From the IMG/VR virus record IMGVR_UViG_3300025389_001063: 64,000 nt of DNA; one strand, written 5' to 3'. The DNA comes from a virus. Lineage: Duplodnaviria; Caudoviricetes. The notes under the pieces are model-generated. The model saw nothing but the letters and a program-made list of their open reading frames with translations. It had not been told where the DNA came from and ran no database searches. Positions 27,641 through 37,281 of the stretch are shown here, piece by piece; within the stretch, counting starts at the first letter, position 1; each line of letters starts with the position of its first letter. The position numbers were made by a program, and so were the translations under genes.

Positions 27641-28074
27641 TATTTTTTGAAAAATTTGAAGATAGAATTGCTTCCTGGGTTGCTTTTAGACAAAGCCTCG
27701 AAAAACATGTTGATCCGTTAACTGAAACTATTAACTTTTGGAATCAAGCACCTATTAGTTCTCGTACATGTGATCCATTTGATCCCTCAACTTGGCTTAA
27801 AGCATGGGATCTAATCGAAGACAATCACTATTGTGAATTTTCTAAGATTTTAGCCATTTATTATACCCTTGTTCTTACAGATAGATTCAGAGACAGTTAT
27901 TTTGAAATACAAATAGTAAATGATCATGAAGCACATGAAATGAAATATCTTTTAATCGTTGACGATTACGTTATAGGATACTATTATAACAGAGTAATAA
28001 CTTATGACGAGATTCCAAATGACCTAAATATCCAAGCATCTTATCCAATGTTGAACGACAACTTTACCTCTTAA
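27637..28074 (+). CDS. Hypothetical protein
   Basis: Coupled ORF with W..AP and WDLI..N.YC motifs. Confidence 0.65.
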   Translation: MIFFEKFEDRIASWVAFRQSLEKHVDPLTETINFWNQAPISSRTCDPFDPSTWLKAWDLIEDNHYCEFSKILAIYYTLVLTDRFRDSYFEIQIVNDHEAHEMKYLLIVDDYVIGYYYNRVITYDEIPNDLNIQASYPMLNDNFTS

Positions 28075-28261
28075 GGTTAATTAATACTATACATTTTAAC
28101 GGTTAAGCAGTATAATAGCATTATGATTAGACAATTTATCCATTTGAGATCGAGAAATATACTACTAGAATATCCCGCTCAACCATTTCATAAATATTCG
28201 ACTTGTTTCAACAAGCAGTTCATAATATCTAAAACACACATTTCTGAATAAGGATACCACC

Positions 28262-30574
28262 ATGAGTTCACGTATAACAATCATTAAAAGAGACGGGAGA
28301 AAAGAAGATCTAAACTTAGACAAAATACACCGTGTTGTTTTCTGGGCCACTGAAGGTCTTACTGGTGTTAGTGCTAGTGAGTTAGAAATTCGTAGTCAAT
28401 TACAATTTTATAATAATATAAAAACATCCGATATTCAAGAAACTCTTATTAAGGCTGCGGCTGACCTTATTTCAGAAGAATCACCAAACTATCAATATGT
28501 TGCTGGTAGACTTATCAACTATTCCTTACGTAAAGAAGTTTATAATAATTATAAACCTTGTCATCTTTTAGAACTTGTTAAAAGAAATGTTGGATTAGGA
28601 TATTATACTCCCGAACTATTAGAATGGTATGACGAACACGAATGGAATAGATTAGATTCATATGTTAAACATGATCGTGATATGGATCTTACATATGTTG
28701 CTATGGAACAAATGCGTGGAAAATATCTTGTACAAAATCGTGTAACAGGAGAAATATTAGAAACTCCACAGGCATCATATATTCTTATTGCTGCGACCCT
28801 TTTTTCATCTTATCCAAAAGAAACTCGTATGTCTTGGATACGTGAATACTATGAAGCAATTTCTACACATGACATTTCATTACCTACACCAGTTATGGCA
28901 GGTGTTCGTACACCACAACGTCAATTCAGTTCATGTGTTCTTATTGAGACTGCTGACAGTTTAGATAGCATTAATGCTACAACTTCTGCTATAGTAAAAT
29001 ATGTTTCACAGAAGGCAGGTATCGGCTTAGGTGCTGGTCGTATTAGAGCATTAGGTTCTCCAATACGTAACGGTGACGCAAGTCACACAGGCGTTGTACC
29101 TTTCTTTAAAATGTTCCAAGCGGCAGTTAGATCCTGTTCGCAAGGAGGAGTTCGTAATGGTGCGGCCACATTGTATTATCCAATATGGCATTACGAAGTC
29201 GAAGATCTCCTTGTCCTTAAAAATAGTAAGGGCATTGAGGACAATAGGGTTCGTCATATGGACTATGGGGTACAGTTTAGTAGACTGTTCTATCAACGTT
29301 TGATTCAAGGAGGTGATATTTCTCTTTTTAGTCCTAATGACGTTCCCGACATGTTCGAAGCATTCTTTAGTGATCAAGATAAATTTGCTGAACTTTATGA
29401 AAAGGCCGAAGCCAATCCTAAATTAAGAAAGAAAAAAGTTAAGGCAATTGATTTGTTCTCTGCATTTATGAGAGAACGTAAAGACACAGGCCGCATATAT
29501 CTACAAAACGTAGACAATGCTAACACACATGGATCATTTGATGAGAAAGTTGCTCCAATTAAACAAAGCAATCTTTGCTGTGAAATTGATCTACCCACAA
29601 AGCCACTTACACACATTTTTGACGAAGAAGGACGTATTGCTCTTTGTACTCTAAGTGCTATTAATTGGGGTAATATAAGAGAACCTAAAGATTTCGAAAA
29701 GCCTTGTGCTTTAGCAGTCCGCGGACTTGATGCATTATTAAGTTATCAAAGTTATCCAGTAAAGGCTGCTGAGATCGCAACTAAAGAATATCGTCCTCTT
29801 GGTGTAGGAATTATTAATCTTGCTTATTGGCTTGCTAGAAATGACCTAAGTTATTCTAATCCAGCAGCATTAGCAAAGATTGATGAATACGCAGAAGCAT
29901 GGAGTTACTATCTAATTAAAGCCAGTGTCGATCTTGCCAAAGAGCAAGGAGCATGTGGTAAGCCAGAAGATACAAAGTATGCAAAGGGCATTGTACCAAT
30001 CGATACTCGTAAAAAAGATCTTGACGAAGTTGTTCCTCACGTTGAACGTATGCCTTGGAATTCTCTAAGAGAAGACCTTAAGACATATGGAATTCGTAAT
30101 GCTACACTGATGAGTTTAATGCCGGCTGAGACTAGTGCTCAGATAGCAAATGCTACAAACGGCATTGAACCGCCTCGTTCATACATTTCAATTAAACAAA
30201 GTAAACATGGTGTTCTAAAACAAGTTGTTCCAGAATATCGTCGTCTTAAGAATAAGTATGAATTACTTTGGGATCAACAAAGTCCAGAAGGTTACTTAAT
30301 GATTTGTGCTGTACTACAGAAGTACATTGATCAAGGTATTTCTGTTAATACAAGTTATAATCCACAGTTCTATGAAGAAGAAAAGATCCCAATGAGTGAA
30401 ATGTTAAAACATGTTCTTATGTTTTACAAGTATGGAGGTAAACAGCTCTATTATTTTAATTCATATGACGGCCAAGGTGAGATAAATGTTAATAAACTAG
30501 TAAATGAAGAATTACCAGAATCACAAGAGGCAGAATTTGTCGACGATGCCGACTGTGAATCATGTAAAATTTAA
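28262..30574 (+). CDS. nrdA: Ribonucleotide reductase class Ia alpha subunit
   Basis: ATP-cone IIKRDG, TPVMAG, SSCVL, SNLCCEI, MPAETS and C-terminal DCESCKI. Confidence 0.97.
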   Translation: MSSRITIIKRDGRKEDLNLDKIHRVVFWATEGLTGVSASELEIRSQLQFYNNIKTSDIQETLIKAAADLISEESPNYQYVAGRLINYSLRKEVYNNYKPCHLLELVKRNVGLGYYTPELLEWYDEHEWNRLDSYVKHDRDMDLTYVAMEQMRGKYLVQNRVTGEILETPQASYILIAATLFSSYPKETRMSWIREYYEAISTHDISLPTPVMAGVRTPQRQFSSCVLIETADSLDSINATTSAIVKYVSQKAGIGLGAGRIRALGSPIRNGDASHTGVVPFFKMFQAAVRSCSQGGVRNGAATLYYPIWHYEVEDLLVLKNSKGIEDNRVRHMDYGVQFSRLFYQRLIQGGDISLFSPNDVPDMFEAFFSDQDKFAELYEKAEANPKLRKKKVKAIDLFSAFMRERKDTGRIYLQNVDNANTHGSFDEKVAPIKQSNLCCEIDLPTKPLTHIFDEEGRIALCTLSAINWGNIREPKDFEKPCALAVRGLDALLSYQSYPVKAAEIATKEYRPLGVGIINLAYWLARNDLSYSNPAALAKIDEYAEAWSYYLIKASVDLAKEQGACGKPEDTKYAKGIVPIDTRKKDLDEVVPHVERMPWNSLREDLKTYGIRNATLMSLMPAETSAQIANATNGIEPPRSYISIKQSKHGVLKQVVPEYRRLKNKYELLWDQQSPEGYLMICAVLQKYIDQGISVNTSYNPQFYEEEKIPMSEMLKHVLMFYKYGGKQLYYFNSYDGQGEINVNKLVNEELPESQEAEFVDDADCESCKI

Positions 30575-30583
30575 GAGGAAACA

Positions 30584-31696
30584 ATGACTTCAGTTTTTAA
30601 TAGTAATAATCGTTCCGACCACACTAAGTCATTAGCGTTTCTCGACTCTAATGGCGGTGTTACTGTACAGCGTTATGATACTATGAAGTATCGTCAGTTT
30701 GAGAAACTTACTGAAAAGCAGTTATCATTCTTTTGGTTACCACACGAAGTAGATATTCTACGTGATGCGAAAGACTTCAAAGATCTAAACGATCATGAGC
30801 AACATATTTTCACTAGTAATCTAAAAAGACAAATACTGTTAGATAGTGTTCAAGGTCGTGCTCCAACATTAGCATTTGGTCCTATCTGTAGTTTACCAGA
30901 ATTAGAAACTTGGATTAATACTTGGACATTCTTTGAGACTATTCACAGTCGCAGTTATACACATATTATTAGAAACATTTATCCTAATCCAAGTAAAGTG
31001 TTTGATGATATGTTAGACGTTAAAGAGATTGTAGATTGTGCTACAGATATTAGCAAGTACTATGATCAATTAATAATGCTTAATAATATGAGTCAAAGAG
31101 AAAGAGATAATTGCTTTGACGAACCAACTAACAAGAGTCACAAGAAAGCACTTTGGATGGCTCTTATGTCAGTTAACATCCTAGAAGGCATTCGTTTCTA
31201 TGTTTCATTTGCTTGTTCTTGGGCATTCGCCGAAGTTAAGAAGATGGAAGGCAATGCTAAGATTATTAAGTTCATTGCTCGTGATGAGAATTTACATCTT
31301 GCTGGAACACAAGCATTATTAAAGATACTTCCGAAGGATGATCCAGACTACGCCATAATTGCTAAAGAGTGTGAATCAGAATCTATTAAACTATTTGAAG
31401 ATGCTGTTGAACAAGAAAAGACATGGGCAAATTATTTGTTCAAAGATGGCAGTATGATTGGACTTAACAATCAATTACTTTGTGATTATGTTGAATGGAT
31501 TGCCAATAAGCGTATGACTGCTGTTGGTTTACATACAAAGTTCAAAGGAGGAACTAATCCCTTACCGTGGACACAAAAATGGATTTCTGGAGCAGAGGTA
31601 CAAGTTGCTCCACAAGAAACAGAGATAACTAGTTACATCGTTGGCGGAGTTAAACAGGACGTCGATGATCAGAGTTTCAAAGGTTTTTCATTATAG
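30584..31696 (+). CDS. nrdB: Ribonucleotide reductase class Ia beta subunit
   Basis: FFWLPHEV, LDSVQGR, ETIHSRSY, LEGIRFYVSF, RDENLH and VAPQETE motifs. Confidence 0.97.
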   Translation: MTSVFNSNNRSDHTKSLAFLDSNGGVTVQRYDTMKYRQFEKLTEKQLSFFWLPHEVDILRDAKDFKDLNDHEQHIFTSNLKRQILLDSVQGRAPTLAFGPICSLPELETWINTWTFFETIHSRSYTHIIRNIYPNPSKVFDDMLDVKEIVDCATDISKYYDQLIMLNNMSQRERDNCFDEPTNKSHKKALWMALMSVNILEGIRFYVSFACSWAFAEVKKMEGNAKIIKFIARDENLHLAGTQALLKILPKDDPDYAIIAKECESESIKLFEDAVEQEKTWANYLFKDGSMIGLNNQLLCDYVEWIANKRMTAVGLHTKFKGGTNPLPWTQKWISGAEVQVAPQETEITSYIVGGVKQDVDDQSFKGFSL

Positions 31697-31704
31697 GAGT
31701 CGAA

Positions 31705-31974
31705 ATGTTAACTGTATATTCAAAACCGAACTGCCCCCATTGTGAACTTGCTAAAAGTTGGCTTGATTCAAATAAAATAGATTATGAGTCTGTTAATATA
31801 ACAGAAGATTTTGATGCATTGGAAATGATAAAAGAACATGGACATAAGTCTGTTCCTCAAATCTATCTTAATGGTGAAGTACTTGTTCCAGGAGGATGGG
31901 ACGGATTAAAACATCAAGACCCAGCAGTATTAAAAGAACAAATTGAATTAAACGACTTAAGAGGATTTGCCTAA
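31705..31974 (+). CDS. Glutaredoxin
   Basis: CPHC active site and SVPQIY. Confidence 0.9.
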   Translation: MLTVYSKPNCPHCELAKSWLDSNKIDYESVNITEDFDALEMIKEHGHKSVPQIYLNGEVLVPGGWDGLKHQDPAVLKEQIELNDLRGFA

Positions 31975-32288
31975 TGCTAATAAAAACATTTAAACCTAAC
32001 GATATAGTAAGTATGAAATTAATAACTGGTGAAGAAATTATTACTAAGTTAGTAGAAGTTAATGAGTCGGGGTATACAGTTAGTAAACCATTAGTTTTAT
32101 CAATAACTCAGAAAGGTCCAGCGATGACTCCTTTCTTATTAACTGCTGAAATTAATGATAACATCATACTTTCAAAGAATGTTGTTGTCGCTACAGCAAA
32201 TACAGATAAGTTTACATCTGATCAATATATTTCTGGCACTACAGGTATACAACCTGCCACTTCTGGTGATATAGGAAAATTAATTTAA
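31974..32288 (+). CDS. Conserved hypothetical protein (Sm-like fold suspected)
   Basis: SMKLITGEEIITKL..., a motif common in T4-like phages. Confidence 0.6.
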   Translation: MLIKTFKPNDIVSMKLITGEEIITKLVEVNESGYTVSKPLVLSITQKGPAMTPFLLTAEINDNIILSKNVVVATANTDKFTSDQYISGTTGIQPATSGDIGKLI

Positions 32289-32563
32289 CCTGATTTTACT
32301 GTAGATTGTCCTTGAACAATTGTTTGTGCGCCGCAATTTCGTGTATCGTTATTGCGGTGTATTTTTATACCATAACAAAGAACTGTACCACTAGTACCTT
32401 GGGCTGCTGGATCACTATGTCCAGCATTGTCTGGATTTGCATGGTCACCTTTAACAATTACATTCTTACCACCAATCTTAACGGTTGTATTTGACGGTGT
32501 TTTAAAAGATCCTTCACCGTGACTATCTTTGTCGCCTTCTACTGCCCAGAGTTCTAAACCCAT
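32285..32563 (-). CDS. PAAR-like spike-tip protein
   Basis: Three degenerate repeats (AVEGD..SHG, IVKGD, HRNND...CG) with V.IGG / STV beta motifs. Late promoter and SD present. Confidence 0.7.
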   Translation of the reverse strand: MGLELWAVEGDKDSHGEGSFKTPSNTTVKIGGKNVIVKGDHANPDNAGHSDPAAQGTSGTVLCYGIKIHRNNDTRNCGAQTIVQGQSTVKSG

Positions 32564-32615
32564 GTTAATCTCCCTACTATTTACCGATAAATATTTTCAT
32601 AACTAGGAATTTATT

Positions 32616-34433
32616 ATGGCAGATCAACCAGATCCGGATACAAAGGGACCTCCTAACGCTCCTAAACCAAATGATAAACCTCCAGATCAATCATACGACC
32701 CATCAAGTGATGGTGGTAGATTTGAAATCCAGCCAAATACCTATGACAAAACAGGAGCACTTCCTAGCGATATATTAGCAAAAAGAAGTTCGGCTAGAAA
32801 GAAAGTAGTAAAAAAGAAATCACCTTCTGGTCAAACAAATTCATCTGATTCTTTGAGTAATCAAGCAAATCAAAATACTGCTGATACTGCTGGTCCTACT
32901 CAAACAAAACCAGCACAAGATCAATATCCTACAGGGCCTGGTGGCTCAACTAATGGTGCTAATGGACCCCCTACATCTACACCAAGTTTTACTCCTACTT
33001 CTACACCGACACCAACACCAACTACCCAACCTTCTGTTCCGCCAAACAGTGGAACTAACAAATCAACTCAACCAAACAATGCACCACCAAATCCTGATCC
33101 AACAAGAGGAACACCAACAGGACTAACTGTAAAAAGTGGAGCAATCAGAGGACCAGCAGCAGCAGGAACTTATGCATTAGGTCATGCTATTCAAGATTCA
33201 ATTCCAGGATTTAATCGATTTACAGCATTTAACGATGAATATCATCAAGGAACTAATTCATTTCACGCTAAAGGATTAGCACTTGATTTTACAGTTAATT
33301 CAGGCGCTGCTGGTAGTCAAGCAGCAGCAAATGCAGTTTCTCGATTATTAAGTCAAAACGGTATTCGTGGAACAATAATAAATGAATACTTGCATCCATC
33401 AGCAAGAGCCACCGGAGGGCATATTCACGTTAATTATGCATCTTATGCTGATGCAGCAAAAGGAGCGCAAGTATTTGGAGCCGCTGGTTCTAACAATAAT
33501 CTTATAGCTGGTAGTGGCCCATTTGATCCCAAAGGAGTTCAATCAGGAGCAGTATCTATGTCAGATAGAGTGTCTTTAGCATTAGCTGCTGGATTTACAA
33601 GTGCTGAAGCAGCAACAATGGGTGCTATATCACAGGCAGAATCATCTGGTAATTCTAATGCACATAATACAAATGCCAGTACTGGAGATAACTCCTATGG
33701 ACTTTGGCAAATTAATATGATTGGAAATCTAGGGCCAGCAAGAGATGCGTTATTTAGACAGAACATTCCAGGATATACAGGATATGAATCTTTAAAAAAT
33801 CCGTGGATTAATGCTCAAGCGGCTAGACTAATTTATAATCAACAAGGTTTTCGCGCTTGGTCTACATATACAAACGGATCGTACGGAAAATATACCAACG
33901 ATGCTTTAAATGGTATAGGAGCAGGATCTGAAACAGCAGGAACAGGAAATGCTACAGGATCTGGTCAATATCCTTCGTCTTCAAGTGGATTAAATGTTAA
34001 TGGAACTACAGGAAGTGGTGGAAGCAATAATCCATATGCAGGTGGTCAACCACAACTTGGAATTTTTTCTTTAGCACAATTTCTTCAACAAAATGTTGGA
34101 GGTTTCCAGTCTGTTTCTTCATTTACTAATCCGCCATCTAATTCTTCAAATCCTTCTGCATATTCTAATGGATTAGCATTAGATTTTAAAATAAACAATC
34201 CAACTACAAATTTAGCTGAACAAGATACTCAATATATTAAAAATTTCTTAAATGCAAATAATATCTCCGGAACTGTAACTGACTTTTATCTCACATCGTC
34301 ACCTATTACAGCAGGATATATTCATATAGAACTTGCTAACAAAAGTGCAGCAGACCAATTGTCTGTTTACCTTGCTAATTTATCAGATTTTAACGCAACA
34401 GTTGCTAATACTACTGTTGTAAATGGAAATTAA
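32616..34433 (+). CDS. Virion-associated peptidoglycan hydrolase: low-complexity N-terminus, M15-like peptidase, lysozyme/SLT-like domain, degenerate second M15-like domain
   Basis: HAKGLALD...GHIH; ISQAESSGN...SYGLWQIN...NAQAA...AWSTY; and YSNGLALD...GYIHI. Confidence 0.7.
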   Translation: MADQPDPDTKGPPNAPKPNDKPPDQSYDPSSDGGRFEIQPNTYDKTGALPSDILAKRSSARKKVVKKKSPSGQTNSSDSLSNQANQNTADTAGPTQTKPAQDQYPTGPGGSTNGANGPPTSTPSFTPTSTPTPTPTTQPSVPPNSGTNKSTQPNNAPPNPDPTRGTPTGLTVKSGAIRGPAAAGTYALGHAIQDSIPGFNRFTAFNDEYHQGTNSFHAKGLALDFTVNSGAAGSQAAANAVSRLLSQNGIRGTIINEYLHPSARATGGHIHVNYASYADAAKGAQVFGAAGSNNNLIAGSGPFDPKGVQSGAVSMSDRVSLALAAGFTSAEAATMGAISQAESSGNSNAHNTNASTGDNSYGLWQINMIGNLGPARDALFRQNIPGYTGYESLKNPWINAQAARLIYNQQGFRAWSTYTNGSYGKYTNDALNGIGAGSETAGTGNATGSGQYPSSSSGLNVNGTTGSGGSNNPYAGGQPQLGIFSLAQFLQQNVGGFQSVSSFTNPPSNSSNPSAYSNGLALDFKINNPTTNLAEQDTQYIKNFLNANNISGTVTDFYLTSSPITAGYIHIELANKSAADQLSVYLANLSDFNATVANTTVVNGN

Positions 34434-34462
34434 TACATAATAAATATTATAAGGAGTAAACT

Positions 34463-36010
34463 ATGACAGGACTGGTAGGTATAAGAGCAGCATCAAGTTC
34501 AGCAGGACCCGGAGATGCTTTTTCAGGATCTCCTATTCTTTCTGGATCATCTTTTGCTTCTGGATCGTCGTTACCACCTACAAGTGATTCATTTTCTTCT
34601 ATAGGTGGATTAGGAAACTATTCAACAGCAAATGTTAGTCCTTCTCAATATCAAGGAGGTTTTGGTTCAAGCGGACAAAATGCAGGTCAGGCAGCAGCAG
34701 ATTCAACTGCTAGTCAATCAAGTTCTAGTAGCAGTAGTGACAATACTGGAAAAAATCCTCAAAGAGGTTCTAGTACTAGAAAAAGAATGAGACGTGTTGA
34801 TAATAAAGATTCTAGTTTAAGAGAACCACAACCAGCAGATGATAGAGTTAAATCTGCAACTAGTGATGATGCTGATATGTTCTTGGGTTTAAAAAGTTTA
34901 ACACAAGAAGGAAGTAGTGGAAATAATGATGGTAGTTCTTTTTTAATTGATAGTATTCCTCCTAACTTAAACGGTGTAATACAAAGTTTTGTTCCTCAAG
35001 TAGCAGGAATGCAATCATTATTAGGACAAATACCTAGTGCATCTTTAGGACAATTTTTAAATAATATACCATCAAGTTTACAAAGTTTATTACCAGCAGG
35101 AATGTTACCGGGAGTAACAAGCGGTTCTAATGTAAATTTAAGTACTATACAAAATTTAGCAAGCCAAGCAGGATTATCACAAAGTGCATTGTCAGGGTTA
35201 TTAGGATCTAATGTAGGTAGTTCTGGAGGCAGTGGGTCTTTGCCAAGTCTTGCAAATGGTTTACAAAGTTCAGCGATATCGGGACTTTCACAAGCAATTC
35301 CTTCCAATATTGCTCAATCATTGTTCAATCCTAGTCAATTAACCAGTATGCTTCCTGCTAATTTACAAAACTTAATTCCTCAAGTTCCTCCAATATTCTC
35401 AGAAGGTGCAGAAAATCTTACATCAGCAGTAGCAAATGCTGCTCCTCAGATGGCTCCAAATAGCGACCAACCTAGTGGTGGTCAGGGAAGTAATGGATGT
35501 AACCATGTTGATCCTTCCAACGATGGAAAAAATAATACTAATACTCGTTATATTGATTATACACAAATGTTGTCACAAAATTTCTCCCTAGGTCAATTAA
35601 CACTCTTGTCTGGTGTTGCTCCTGGTAGATTCCCACTAAGCGGAAAAGATTTAGATAAAGTTACTAAAAGTCTTTCTGGCGTTGCAGAAAATGTTTTAGA
35701 ACCTTTAAAAACTGCTTATGGAGCATTTACTATTGTAGGTGGACTAAGAGATGATGGCGAACATAAGGATGGAAAATGTATAGATCTTTCATGGGCATGT
35801 AGTCAAACCAAATTAATGGAAATTGCTCAATATGTACAAAACAGTCTTCCTGTATCCGAAGTTCAAATGCATCAAGGAAAAGGAAATGTAGGTTGGTTGC
35901 ATATTAAATACGACAATGGATCTTGTGGTGCTAGTGCCCAAACAAATAGTCCAGCAGGTGGACAAACTTCTGGATTAGTTGATTGGTCAACAATTCCATA
36001 TACATTTTGA
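34463..36010 (+). CDS. Gly/Ser-rich virion protein with a C-terminal M15-like peptidase domain
   Basis: LSQNFSLGQLT, NVLEPL...G, GEHKDGKCID and WLHI motifs. Confidence 0.65.
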   Translation: MTGLVGIRAASSSAGPGDAFSGSPILSGSSFASGSSLPPTSDSFSSIGGLGNYSTANVSPSQYQGGFGSSGQNAGQAAADSTASQSSSSSSSDNTGKNPQRGSSTRKRMRRVDNKDSSLREPQPADDRVKSATSDDADMFLGLKSLTQEGSSGNNDGSSFLIDSIPPNLNGVIQSFVPQVAGMQSLLGQIPSASLGQFLNNIPSSLQSLLPAGMLPGVTSGSNVNLSTIQNLASQAGLSQSALSGLLGSNVGSSGGSGSLPSLANGLQSSAISGLSQAIPSNIAQSLFNPSQLTSMLPANLQNLIPQVPPIFSEGAENLTSAVANAAPQMAPNSDQPSGGQGSNGCNHVDPSNDGKNNTNTRYIDYTQMLSQNFSLGQLTLLSGVAPGRFPLSGKDLDKVTKSLSGVAENVLEPLKTAYGAFTIVGGLRDDGEHKDGKCIDLSWACSQTKLMEIAQYVQNSLPVSEVQMHQGKGNVGWLHIKYDNGSCGASAQTNSPAGGQTSGLVDWSTIPYTF

Positions 36011-36037
36011 CACAATCTAAATCCTATGCTATAAATA
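36007..36037 (+). promoter_or_regulatory. Composite early/late promoter for the tmRNA
   Basis: TTGACA (36007-36012), N17, TATAAATA (36030-36037). Confidence 0.7.
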
Positions 36038-36039
36038 GT

Positions 36040-36348
36040 TCATCATTGTTGATATCAATGTAATAAAACGAACTGGACGCCGGGGCGGTACCGGCCGCCT
36101 CCACCATAGTAGCATTGTTTCCTAGGCCTGGCCCATGAAATCGCCCTTTGCGGTTGACAGTGCTACTTTGATGGGGGCGACAAAGGATTGACAGGCGAAT
36201 AAAGATTGAAGTAGATGGTCCGGCGAAAGCTCGGTTAACGCAATAAAACTAATAAATGCAGCAAACGATAACTTTGCTCCATCTAAGGTTTCTGCTCTAG
36301 TAGCTTGACCTTAATGAGCCCGCCGGAGCTCGGAAACAGAATCCGGCA
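36040..36348 (+). ncRNA. ssrA: Circularly permuted two-piece tmRNA (alphaproteobacterial type)
   Basis: The acceptor piece ends CGCCTCC-A-CCA at 36106. An intervening hairpin follows. The coding piece starts GGGGGCG at 36173 (G3:U70 pair). Tag ORF 36258-36308 reads AANDNFAPSKVSALVA*. The ends are approximate. Confidence 0.9.
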
Positions 36349-36403
36349 CTTAATTCAAAAAAATATTTGCTTAATCATAGTATTATGTGCTATGATTATA
36401 AAT

Positions 36404-36589
36404 ATGAGCACCAAAAAGAAAACTTGTGAAACTTGTGTTTTTTGGCATGTTCCAAAAGGTTCAAGTATCGACGTCGAAAATGAGTGTCGCCGATACCCAC
36501 CCCGAAGGATCATTAATTCAGAATCTGAATTCCCCGAAACTTATCATAATGATTGGTGCGGGGAATATAAGAAAGATGAAAAGAAATAA
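36404..36589 (+). CDS. Small Cys-rich (Zn-binding) protein
   Basis: CETC...CRRYPP...WCGEY; start moved to ATG 36404. Confidence 0.6.
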   Translation: MSTKKKTCETCVFWHVPKGSSIDVENECRRYPPRRIINSESEFPETYHNDWCGEYKKDEKK

Positions 36590-36660
36590 CCCGCTACTGG
36601 TCTGTGCCGCCAAGCCCATAGGGGACGGACAGCCAAAGAGGGCCAAAATTGCCCACTTAT

Positions 36661-36690
36661 AAGAAGAGTCCTAAGGGGCTCTTCTTTTCT
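36661..36690 (+). terminator. Intrinsic terminator
   Basis: AAGAAGAGTCCT / GGGGCTCTTCTT stem followed by TTCT. Confidence 0.7.
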
Positions 36691-36739
36691 ATTGATTAGT
36701 TTCGAATTTGATTATATACTTTTGTTATAGGAGAATTCT

Positions 36740-37015
36740 ATGAGCAGAGTGTTGAAACGAACTTTGTGGAAATTATCCCAATTCTTTGGAGTAATCTTTG
36801 GTGCCTTCGTATATGTTGTCGGTAGTGCTTATCTCGGATATCTTCTTTTTGGAAAACCTGAAGCAGGATTATTTACATTCCTTGGTAGCGGAGTGTTAGC
36901 AACAATAATTAAATGGACCTACGATGACGCAAAGCGTGAGATTGAACGTGAAAACGAAGAACTCTTGCGTAAACTTCAAGTAGAAGATATTAAAAAAAAG
37001 TGTAATATAAAATGA
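36740..37015 (+). CDS. Hypothetical membrane protein
   Basis: Two hydrophobic segments and AGGAG SD. Confidence 0.6.
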   Translation: MSRVLKRTLWKLSQFFGVIFGAFVYVVGSAYLGYLLFGKPEAGLFTFLGSGVLATIIKWTYDDAKREIERENEELLRKLQVEDIKKKCNIK

Positions 37016-37281
37016 TACAGAAAATTACCGCAGATCTCACCCATCTTCCGGATCAAGTATTAACGGGTCCACTTCAAATCAACGACGATTATCCTGGATT
37101 TTTTCTTCGAGGTGATGCTACCCTTTATTATGCTATATGTTTGGAAAATGTCCTAGAAGCCCTAAAAAGAGACATAAATCCGGACCCAGTTTATGAAGAA
37201 TCTCTCCATAAGTTGTTGCGTTCCTTGCGAGGAAATCGTATAAGTAGTATAGAAGATGACGACAACGACGTAGGATGTTAA
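37012..37281 (+). CDS. Hypothetical protein
   Basis: DDYPGFFLRGD motif; coupled ORF. Confidence 0.6.
   Translation: MIQKITADLTHLPDQVLTGPLQINDDYPGFFLRGDATLYYAICLENVLEALKRDINPDPVYEESLHKLLRSLRGNRISSIEDDDNDVGC

Noticed and set aside
28262-31696. Inteins or introns in nrdA/nrdB
   Set aside because: Both are normal length and continuous, with no intein motifs.
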